DNA of 64,000 nucleotides from Lytechinus pictus (lineage: Eukaryota), in NCBI RefSeq assembly GCF_037042905.1, contig NC_087254.1:10974001-11038000 (forward strand), given 5' to 3'. The translations under genes were made by a program, and so were the position numbers. The notes beneath the pieces are model-generated. The model was given only the letters and a program-made list of their open reading frames with translations, made no database searches and was not told the DNA's origin. Positions 24,468 through 36,400 of the stretch are shown piece by piece. The number at the start of each line of letters is the position of its first letter. Position 1 is the stretch's first letter.

Positions 24468-27400
24468 CTACTCGTGATCGAATTCGTCGACTTCAGCACT
24501 CTCTTCTCCAATAAAGAATTCGACTACCTCCTCCTCGTCATTCTCCTCGTCGTGTTCAATCTCGTCGGTGTCCAAACCTGATAAAAACAGACAATTTTTA
24601 ATGAGTACAATCTAAAAATGTGATGCTGTATCGATAGGTTTTCTTAAATCTATCTATTTAAAAAATTTTTTTAAACACTTGCTATCAGTCGTGAGTTTGT
24701 TTTTCAGCGAGTCCATTAAAAAAGTCGGACATACAGTTGTGCTCAAATTTAGTGAACCCCATCACAAAATCCATTCCTCCATGCTGAGCGTTGAATGTAG
24801 ACAATACTACAATATTTGGTGAGCTCAGAGAAACAAACTTTATTGAAGGTAATATTCAATCACCTGACTTCACAATTAACCATCTAAAACATGGCAGAAC
24901 TTGAACACTTTAAATATGTTCATTTTCTGGGCACCACTGTATAGTCAACAAGCTTGCATATTCCCACCATCATCGTTATCATCATCATCTTCATTTATCA
25001 TTGTTTTGTTTTCTCTTGATAATATATTATAGCAATTGTTGGCTTGTTAGATTTTTTTCTTCTCTTTTTTACATTATACTTAATTGATACTTAAATAATT
25101 CGTAATGATCAATTCTGCTCATAATATGATTATATGGTAAATATATGTTTCGGTTTGTCATATTTTTCAAGCATTTTTGTGTGTGCTTACAATGGCAATC
25201 CATCTTCTGCTACTAATTTTATGCTAAATGATATATGCCTGATTTATTGTCAATATTTGTTATATCTATGTTATATTATATAGTTATGTAGAAGAAAAAT
25301 AAAATCAAATTAGATATCCAATACGTATCCTGAAAGTGGCTACTAACCTCCTCTCAGTTGCATCCTCGTCTCCTTCTCAGTTTTGTATCTCTTCTTCAAC
25401 CTCTCCAAGACTTCCAGGAAATCATTCATCTGTTGCTGGCGACGTTCGATCAGCTCCTGAATCACAAGATATTAATTCATTTAGTATAATACAAAGAGAT
25501 CAAGAATATATTATACAACTCCCAAGTATGTTCTGTAATCTGATTGGTCCAAATCGGATCACATGATATTCAGTGAATTGCACTATTGCATCCAAAATGC
25601 ACTATCCTGCACTCTGACGTCAAGAGTGCAGGATAGTGGGAGTTCTGGAATTGTCTAGAATTATCTAAAATTTAGATCAAATATAGCATTCGCGGCAACT
25701 CAGTACCATGGGTGAGGGTTGTATAAAACAAACAATGCATGCATTCTTGTGCATAGAGGACCTAAATAATGAACTCTGTGCTCGACTCGCCAAATGGATA
25801 TACCGCACTCGTTCCTGCGGACCTCGGTGCGTACATCCATTGGCTCTTCTCAATACAATACAACTGGGGCGGGGGGAAGGAGATTCACAACAGCAGCCTT
25901 AATAGCCCCATTGCCATCAACTTCTCATATCTGGCATGATTCATTACCCATAATGCAACACTGTGAGAAGTGTAGTCTTGTAATATAGACCCACTTGAAT
26001 GAATTCACTACTCCATACATTCATATCAAATTATTATACCACCAAGTAGCAAAACATTACATTGCTTTCATGCAGCATTGAGATCTAAACTATTAATGAA
26101 ATAAGTGTTCATCAGGAGACAATGCTAGCTGATTGAATGTATTGATTCACATACCTTTGACGCCTTGGACTTCCTCTTGGCGTCTTGGAGCTCAAACATC
26201 TTGTTATACGTCTTCATGTTCTTCTTGATCTCCTGAAAAGTTAACATCATACTGCAATATTAACGACCATACATTTCACTTCAGCTACCACACAAATCAT
26301 TTATGCATCAACAGTTGCTTAAAAATGACAATCTTCTTGAGCAGGCAACATGACCCTTCAAAAAGAATACATTTTGAAATAGGAAGGTCCTGGAGCAGAA
26401 AACTTAAGGTATATAGATTACAGAATATCCTAATGTGCTAATGTATCTGGTCTGTCGGCACAAGACTACATGGCTGTCAGACAGCATGGGTAGTCTTGCT
26501 TCAAGGACCGGATTAGTCTTACTCTCAGCCATTGTTTGGACTCCAAGCAACCACTGAACAGGTTGCATGATGTGGCAGAAACATGGCTGCATTCTTTCTT
26601 CAAATTATAAATCAAATAATTACACTGGGGTGTGAGAGATCACAAATAAAAAGAGCTGAAGAATGTTGACAAAACTGAAATTAGCTGAAAATCAAACAAA
26701 AAAACGAGCTGAAATCGGCTTAAAAAGCTCTCATCCCTGATTACAAGTCGATGATAAAGTTAATTATTCAAAATAAATTACAAAGCATGTCCCAACCTTC
26801 GCTTTAAAGTTCAAAATAGCTTGTGCAAAACAGAGCTTTTGTGCCACTAAATATTTTGATAAATCAACAAGCTTGTTGCATCATTTTTCCCCAAAAAGAA
26901 AACTGACAGAAGTAAATGCTATTATACCTTAACCCTAAATAGACTGGGCTATTTCGATGCCTAAGAAGACTGGGGGGGGGGGGGCTGATTCAGCCCCCCC
27001 CTATGATCTAGGCCGTCGACCGCGACGAAAATTGGCACGTGCATTACCCATGGCATAATCTCCAAGACTGTAGGATCAAATTTTCCGAAAAATCTCATAA
27101 TTCATTAATAATGCTAATTTATGCGTAAAATCGAAGATTTGCTCTAGTTAACTAAATAAGGCCTCTAAACTGCTAATTTTTTATTCACAAACTCTTTGAA
27201 GGATTCTGATCAAATGTACTTTTAAAAAAATTCAATATCACAATTGTTTTCTTAAGTATTTTATTGTTTTTAAAATTTCTTATGTATTTCTTTGTTTTTT
27301 TACTTTTTGTTTTTTATTGTTTTTTCAATGGAAATCGTCCGCTACTTTATTTTGACCATAAACAAGATGAAATCAATTGAGTTTGATTAGTAAAATTGAA

Positions 27401-30400
27401 AATAATGATACATTTATGAATTTTGGCTAAAAACACAATTTGCATTGGATTTGTACACAAATCCACGTTTTTGAGCAATTTCGGGTCGACATGCACTTAC
27501 AAAATGTTGCGTAATTCCGGAACCACGTACCCGGGCGTCGCAAATTTAGTCTCAAAAGTTGCGCAAGACTTGGAAGAAAAAAGTCATGGAACGGCGCGGC
27601 GCCAGCTTTTCGCATTACAGATTTATCGCGAAAAATGTCGAGGGGGGGCTGAATCAGCCCCCCCCCCCCAGTCTTTTTAGGGTTAATCCACTCTATATTC
27701 TGGAAAATCAACAAACCCCCCCCCCCCCCTGCCCCGGGGAATGCAGTGAAATGAATAAAATGTTACTATACCTTAATCTTCTCTTCATTAAGCGGAGTAG
27801 GTGGGCGAGGGCGCCAGAGCGCTTGACAGAATCTCTCTCGGTCACACTTCTGCAGAAGCTTACCCTGGAAACTCCAGACCCAGTATGCATTGTCAACCTG
27901 GATGTACAATGAAACAAAACAAACTTAGGCGCAAATTTCTCTCTCCATTACTTGCTTCAATATCCTAAAGTTTGAAAAATATATCAGTAGTCTCCAATGT
28001 AGGGAAAGTGATTTTCTGGAAGATGGAAAATGTGTTTTTGCTCTTTACTTCTCATGTAAAAATTCATTTGAAATTACCTTTGCAAAATGGATTTCATATT
28101 TTTGCTGTGTAGAGTTTCTATGACAAAACTGAATTTCCATTCAATGAGTCTCATACAGCGCATCGCAAAAAATCTGCAGTTTCATACAATCGGCCCCAAG
28201 GATGTAACGAGGTTGAGATGGCACTGTTCAAAGTGGTAATAGAAGCTTCAGTTCTGCTCTTATAATCAGCACAATACTTGTCAATATAACCAGCTTCAGA
28301 GAAAAAAATAAAAATCACATGACCTTTGGCCTATACTGACCTTGTGACTCCACCAGCTGACCCCAGTGATGACATAGCGACCAGTAGAATCCCATTCGAC
28401 GTCCGTTGCCATGAAGTGTTCTGTAGCATTCATCATGGTGATCGTATCGTTGCCAGTGTCGATGAACTCAAACACACCATTCATACTGTCAAGTGGGGGG
28501 AAAAGGGAAGCAATATTATTAATTTGCAGAAAAGGTCTTAACTCTCGTGCTCTACACGTAAAATACCAGTGAATTTGTATGATATATTTACAATGATTTT
28601 TGCGGTCCGGGGGAATAAGGCTGAAAGTGTAATTGAAATAAGAACCAATCTTTTCCCTGCAACACATTGATACCGTCTCAATCTTATGTCTTATGCCATT
28701 CTGCATGATTGCATTTTACTCAGTATGTAAAATTTACAAAAGTCATTGTAGTAGTAATGTTTATACAACAAATGTCCACACTAAGGAAAATAAAATGAAA
28801 ATAGATTGAATTTAATCAAATTGAATTCTGCAAATTATCCATTACAGCTACACAACTTGGTAGAGAAACACTGCCTGAAACCCATTCCTTGCCAATAATA
28901 ATTTGCTTCATTATTCTGTGGCTCAATACCAATATTTTGATCTCGTTTGTAAAACTGGAAAGAAACGAATTTTATCATTTAATCATCTTTGGTCAATGAT
29001 ATTTGAAACATGATAAAAATCTACATGAAGCAGGATGAATGTTTGAAGCTTTTTTGGCATAAATGCCCTACAAGATTTTTTATTGTACACAGGTGTATCT
29101 GGTCTGTCGGCACAAGACTACATGGCTGTCAGACAGCATGGGTAGTCTTGCTTCAAGGACCGGATAGGATTTACTCTCAGCCATTTGTATGGACTCCAAG
29201 CAACCACTGAACAGGTCACATAGAGTGTGTCAGAAACATGGCTCAGCGGAAACAGCGAGGAAGGAAAAAGGTAAGTGCATGAGTGAAATTGACTTACCTC
29301 CTAAGCCCAGCGAGCACAACAAACTGACCAGCCGGGGACCAGAAGATACTATTGGCTGTTCTCCTTTCCAGAGTCTCTGTACAAATAAAAATCGAAAAAC
29401 TATATTACATTTTGGCTGATCAGTATGATAAATCATTGTCACAGATGTTTAATCAACAGATATGCAGTGAATTATTTTTTAAACAATTTTAACTAGTACA
29501 GACAATACTATAGCCTTGTGTCAATACCTTGACATTTCTGGTACAGGCAAAAAGAAAAATCAACATTTTTTTCGGGGGCTACTTTTCACAACTAATTGCC
29601 TCAATCTGCAACACTGGATAAGCTTTAACATCGCAATGAATTGGGATTTTCCAGCCCCCCGTATTTTAGTTTCCCCGGCTCTTTTCAGCATTTTGGGGGC
29701 CAAATTGCCCCAGGCCCCTTGTATTTTTTTCCCGTTCTGGTGTATCTGGTCTGTCGGCACAAGACTACATGGCTGTCAGACAGCATGGGTAGTCTTGCTT
29801 CAAGGACCGGATAGGATTTACTCTCAGCCATTTGTATGGACTCCAAGCAACCACAGAACAGGTCGCATAGAGTGTGTCAGAAACATGGCTAAATCATGAA
29901 AAGTATTAGAGGTGAAATATGACTGAAACTTCAGTACGCACACAAACAATAAATAAACCCCAGAACTGAAATAAACTAACAATGTTTTTCACACTTATTT
30001 TCCTTGATACATGTATGACTAGGACGATATGGTAGCAGTTGTTACTTTCACGATATCAACACACTTACAAAAGCAAATTTTGAAGGCCGACTAGCAAATT
30101 CATAACTGAACAACCTGTAAATGTGAGCAAATGAGAGCAAAATCAAAGTTATACAAGACAAGCTTGCAGGTCAAACTCACTGATAAGCTCTACTTTTCCC
30201 TTTGGCTTGATGTTGTAGAAGCTAACCGAGATTCGAGGGGATTCCCCATGTAAGATGGCAAACTTGTTCCCTGTTGGCTCCCATGCAAACGCCACAATGA
30301 CTTCCTTCACTTCTATCGAATCCACCGGAATCTGCTTCTCTTGCATTCGGAAGATCTCGAAGTTGGTGAATTGGTTCTGAAAGAAGAGCACACACACAAA

Positions 30401-33400
30401 AAAAAAGGAATTAGACAAATCTCCAAGAAAACATTTTATATTTCTGAATTCGGAAGAACTCAAAGTTGATTGGTTCTGAAAAGAAGTATGGATTTCATTC
30501 CAGACCACACTTTCGGGTCCACTGGAACACAAAGGTTAGCAGTTGATCATAAGTTTGATTTTCACTACTGATTCTGTACATTGTAGTCAATGCAATCAAT
30601 TGTAAAGATATTCTTCAAGGATGACTGCTTAGCTTTGTGTTATAGCCTCAGATATTATTATTGTTTGAAATATTTAATATGAAAAGGGAAAATTATAAAA
30701 TAGTAATGGAGGAGAAACCAACATCATTGGCAAACACACAATTTTTTTCTCTCAGTTTCAGAATAATTTTCTATGGCATTGCAGGGGTATGAATAGCAAG
30801 CACCCTGTCTACGACAATTTTCTTCCATAAAAATAAAGATGTTAGATAATCGAATAAAAGATATGCTAAAAATAAAGTTGTCAGATGAATTTCACACAAT
30901 TTTTCCAAAATTCAGTAAGATCTTCCATCTCAGTATGAGGCGTAACAGTAAACTCCATACCTATGGCCGAATGTTTCCATGACAATGACAGTTAAATTGA
31001 TTTCACACGATCAATGACACACTGAAGCACAGGTTTCCAAATTCTGAATATATCAAGTCTGTATCTGGTCTGTCGGCACAAGACTACATGGCTGTCAGAC
31101 AGCATGGGTAGTCTTGCTTCAAGGACCGGATTGGTCTTACTCTCAGCCATTGTTTGGACTCCAAGTGACCACTGAACAGGTCACATGATGTGGCAGAAAC
31201 ATGGCTGAATCATTAGAAGATAACACATCTCTAGGACACAAATTACAATGAATGAATTCTGCTGCATAGCAAGAGCTCATATCCCATGAGGTAACATCTT
31301 AAACACACATAAAATAGCAAAAGCTGAATTTCTAATTCCATAAGTCAAATATTCGCCAAAGTGAAAGCAACTTTTTGTAACCAGATTATGCAAAACAGAT
31401 GAAATATCCCTCTTCTAAGTAAAAATTCTGCGAAGTCAAAAGATTTCTGGGATCCCAGGCGATTCAACTTACGCATAGTTACCTTGTCATGTGTCCGTTG
31501 GCATGTAACCACAACTTAAGTCACACTCAACTCTTTGTGAAACACTACCTCCAAGCTTTGTCAACTCACTCACCTTCTTGCTCTTTGAGAGCCTATGAAC
31601 CTTGCAGCACATGTAATGACCTTGTTTGTCAGGCCACAGACCTTGTTTGTTAGGTCAAAGACCTTGTTTGTTGCTCTCAGGGTTTGTCTACTCACTCACC
31701 TTCTTGCTCTGTGAGAGCCTATCGTCCTTGCAGCACATACCTTGTTTGTCAGGTCAAAGACCTTGTTTGTTAGGTCAATGACATTGTTTGTTAGGTCCAA
31801 GACGTTTGTTACTTTAAGGTTCAACTCTACTCACCTTCTTGCTCTTGGAGAGCCTATTGTCCTTGCAGCACATGTAATGACCTTGTTTGTTAGGTCCAAG
31901 ACGTTTGTTACTTTAAGGTTCAACTCTACTCACCTTCTTGCTCTTGGAGAGCCTATTGTCCTTGCAGCACATGTAATGACCTTGTTTGTTAGGTCCAAGA
32001 CGTTTGCTACTTTAAGGTTCAACTCTACTCACCTTCTTCCTCTTGGAGAGCCTATTGTCCTTGCAGAACATGTAATGACCTTGTTTGTTAGGTCCAAGAC
32101 GTTTGCTACTTTAAGGTTCAACTCTACTCACCTTCTTGCTCTTGGAGAGCCTATCGTCCATGCAGCACATACAATGACCTTGTATGTCACGTCAAAGACC
32201 TTGTTTGTCAGGTCAATGACATTGTTTGTTAGGTCCAAGACGTTTGTTACTTTAAGGTTCAACTCTACTCACCTTCTTGCTCTTGGAGAGCCTATCGACC
32301 TTGCAGCACATGTAATGGCCCTGTTTCTGCCAATGTAGCTTACAATCAGCCACGTTGAAGAGATTCTTGACTCTAACTTCTTTCCTAGAAGGGATGGCAA
32401 TCAATGTCACTCGGGCCGGGTTCTCTTTCTCTTCCGGAGTCCAGTAACTCAGGATGTTACTCGCAGGTGACCAGCAGAACTCCCTGGATAAAGAAGGGAT
32501 ACACATAAAATAACACTGATGTAGATCACAATGTTTGCAAGGCACATATAATTTTGTCTCTCTGCCTATCTCTATTTCTATCTATTTGCAGTGTATCTAT
32601 TAATGTGTCCATTCAAGATTTTGCCCTACCTACCTACCTACCTATCTGTAGTAATTTCAGTTGTTAAAACATTTCAATGATTCTATCTGCAAACAATACT
32701 CATATTAGAATTCACCTAGATAAAATGTTTCTGGTCTGTCGGCACAAGACTACATGGCTGTCAGACAGCTAGGGTAGTCTTGCTTCAAGGACCGGATAGG
32801 ATTTACTCTCAGCCATTTGTTTGGACTCCAAGTGACCACTATACAGGTCACATGATGTGGCAGAAACATGGCTGAATCATTAGACAATAACACATCTCTA
32901 GGACTAGGAAACAAATTACACTGAATGGGTATATCAGGGTTCCCAGCTTTTCAAGAAAACTAAATTCCCTGATTTTTCCCTGATGAAGTTTAAAAATTCC
33001 TTGATTATTATTTAAACCAATTCCCAAGTTCGCATGTTTTCTAAGTTGTTGCCATGAATTACATGTATTTTCAGTATAAAAACAATAATGTAAAACTTAA
33101 GTTAGTACTATTGCACAGGCATGTAATGGCCTCCCTTCTCCCCATACAGTCATCCTTTCCTCACCTTATACAGAAAGAGGTTGTTATGCAACAAAATATA
33201 AGAGTAGGACTGACTACCGTGCTTTCAACTTTTGGGCTGATCAAAATTCCCTGAATTTTCCCTCATTTGAGGCATTTTTCCCAGATTTGCGGTATTCTTT
33301 TAATCAAATCCCCTTATTTTTTCCTCACTGGAAAAAGTAAAATAATTTTCCATGATTTTCCCGATGGGCTGGGAGCCCTGGTATATACTCTACTGCATAG

Positions 33401-36400
33401 CAAGAACTCATTTTTCTCTATCCTCACTTTGCCTCATGATATTCTCAAACACACAGACTCTGTACATATCGGCTTTGAAGAAATCTGTTTTCTAACAGTT
33501 CAATATTCTCCAGTTGAAAGTTTGTTTTAGATTATGGTATTTGACAAAAATGCTACCTTATTATGCAGTATAACAAACTCAACTTTATTTTACCCGAAAT
33601 GCAATATCTACTGCATTGCAAGAACTCATTTTTCTCTATCCTCACTTTGCCTCATGATATTCTCCAATATCACACAGACTCTGTACAGATCAGCTTTGAA
33701 GAAATCTGTTCTCTAACAGTTCAATATTCTCAAGTTGAAATTTTGTTTTAGATTATCGTATTTGACAAAAATGCTAGCTTACTATGCAGTATAACAAACT
33801 CAACTTTATTTTACCCAAAATGCAATATCATATATTCCATGACAAAAATACCCTACCAACCATCATATAAAATACAACTGAGAATTTAATAGAAAATGTA
33901 ATAATCTCACCTAATGCCCACTATTTTGAGACTCTTTTTCTCCAGTAGTCCAAATGAAGGAGTCTCATATATACTAAGTGTGTCTTCTGACATCCTAGCA
34001 AAGAACTTTCCATCATGACTCCACCTATACAGTAGGCAGAGGGAAAACATGCAATTTGATTACAGTGCGGCTAGATCTGATATAAGAATGCAAGTTAGCA
34101 ACACGGAAAAAACAGCATTGTCATTTTTAGAACATGTATCATGGGGAGCATTTCATCAACATTTTCATCCGACGTGTTGTCAGGTCTGACAACTTTCCTT
34201 GAGCATGATTGGCTGAGAGGTACTGTTACCATGGTAACTGTCGGATAAAACAGTACTTGTCGGATAAAATGTCTGAAGTGTCCTTTCATGAAACGGTCCC
34301 CTACTAACCCTTTGGCCTGAATTCACAAAGGTGGTTATGAAAACCCACGGTTGAGTCCATGGTTTATGCAGATTTCCTGTATAAATTACGCTTATTTAAC
34401 CACGTATATTAAAAAATGTCCACTGCTGATGCGCGCTTTTGTCACGGTGCGCCAAATTTACACCTGTTGCCGTAGTTATCCACGCTATTTTATTCATGAG
34501 TCCACTGTTTTGAATCAATGAGTCCACTCTTCAAACAGTGGACTCATGGATAAAATAGCGTATCTAACTATGGTAACAGGCGTCAATTTGGCGCACTGTG
34601 AAAAAAACGCGCATTAGCATTGGACATTTTTTATACACGCGCCCTATACGTGTAATTCATACAGGAAATCTGCATAAACCATGGATTCAACCGTGGGTTT
34701 TCAAAACCACCTTTGTGAATTTGGGCCTTTGGGGTCCAACCCCAATATTTCTCCATTCTTACTCCACCACATGACCTGCTCAAGTCGTGATGATTGGATG
34801 GCAATCCAACTTTCCTTATGAACTAGAAGACAGAGACAAATCATTTCAAGGTCTTTAGCGGAATTGCCGATATATCATTTATCAATAGAAAGTATGTGAA
34901 CACTCCAATAATTTTCTTAATGTATCTGGTCTGTCGGCACAAGACTACATGGCTGTCAGACAGCACGGGTAGTCTTGCTTCAAGGACCGGATAGGATTTA
35001 CTCTCAGCCATTTGTTTGGACTCCAAGCAACCACTGAACAGGTTGCATAGAGTGTGTCAGAAACATGGCTGAAATCTGTACATTACAAACTCCACATAAG
35101 GCATTAGCAGTGAACATGTGCTGCAAACTACACAGGTAGGGCTTTGTTTAGTGATATGAAAGACCACACAAATGTTGCAAAGGCAAGCAACTTTTCTGTT
35201 GTTGCAAGGCAAGGCAAGGCAACAAATAACTACAGACACATCAAATCCTTAGGCCCAAATTCACAAAGGTGGTTTTCAAAACCATCGGTTTAACCCATGT
35301 TTTACGCAGATTTCCTGTATATATCATGCTTATTTACCGCGTATATTAAAAAATGTCCAATACTGATGCACACTTTTGTCACAGTGCGTCAAATTGATGC
35401 CTGTTGCTGTGGTTATCCACGCCATTTCATTCAGGACCACAGGTGACAAAAGCCTGCATCAGCATTGCACATTTTTTAATATACGCGGTAAATAATTGTA
35501 ATTTATACAGGAAATCTGCATAAACCATGGGTTAAACTGATGGTTTTAAAAACCTCCTTTGTAAATTTGGGCCTTAAAGTTTAACGCAATTCAAAACATA
35601 TATTTGCAAAATGATCGATTCATATTTGTGTGGACTATCGTAACTACTGACATGATTTAACACATCTCATGATGTTATGGTGAAATCATTATGATATAAT
35701 ATGATGCCAGCCATGACACCACAATAAAATCTTTTATATCATCTTGAGATTTCCATGCAGCTTTGGAGTTTAAATCCTCATTACAACTTGAAGAAAATGA
35801 TGCATGTTTATTAGCACAAGAGTTGGGATTTTTCTAACTCTACATGAAAAATATAAAGACGTTGCTATTCTTTTCCGAACCATAACTAAGCAAGGCTGAG
35901 GTGGGGGGGGGGGGAGGGTGGAGGATACTTTACAATAGGAAAGCCTCTTACTTGAATACTGGCCAATTGGAAGCATTATCACATGAGAAACCTCTCTTCT
36001 TGGCTCCCGTCTTGATGTCCCAGATGATGATTGCTTGAAACTCGTCTCTCGGATCATGAAGAGGGCTGAATGTCACAATATACCTGAGAAGGTGAATAAG
36101 AGGGAGAGAGAGAAATAGAATTAACTAAGAAATTATATCTCAAAACAATATATGCAATATTTATATAATACATAATACAAATGTTTCTAAATGCTTCACA
36201 TCATTACCCCAGCTTTGGTATAGCTGCCAATAAGGCAATACAGCTTTGCAGGGTATATAATCCAAGGATGATTGTGGCAAATGTAGGTTAACGCCTTGCA
36301 GAGGACATCAAGAGCGGAGGCAGGAATTAAACCCAGAACCTAATTATCTATAGTCTGGATCTATGTGGGAGGTTTCCCCTCCCCTTCTTTCTACACATGC

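Noticed and set aside
27423-27912. ORFs of 85-117 aa as piggyBac transposase remnants
   Set aside because: No transposase motifs; the element is a ~750-bp non-autonomous copy, and part of the ORF overlaps eIF3b exon 13 antisense.
31742-32338. 198-aa repetitive + strand ORF; also superficially CRISPR-like periodicity
   Set aside because: It is the antisense reading of the 99-bp exon-junction tandem repeat. There are no unique spacers or cas genes, and the context is eukaryotic.
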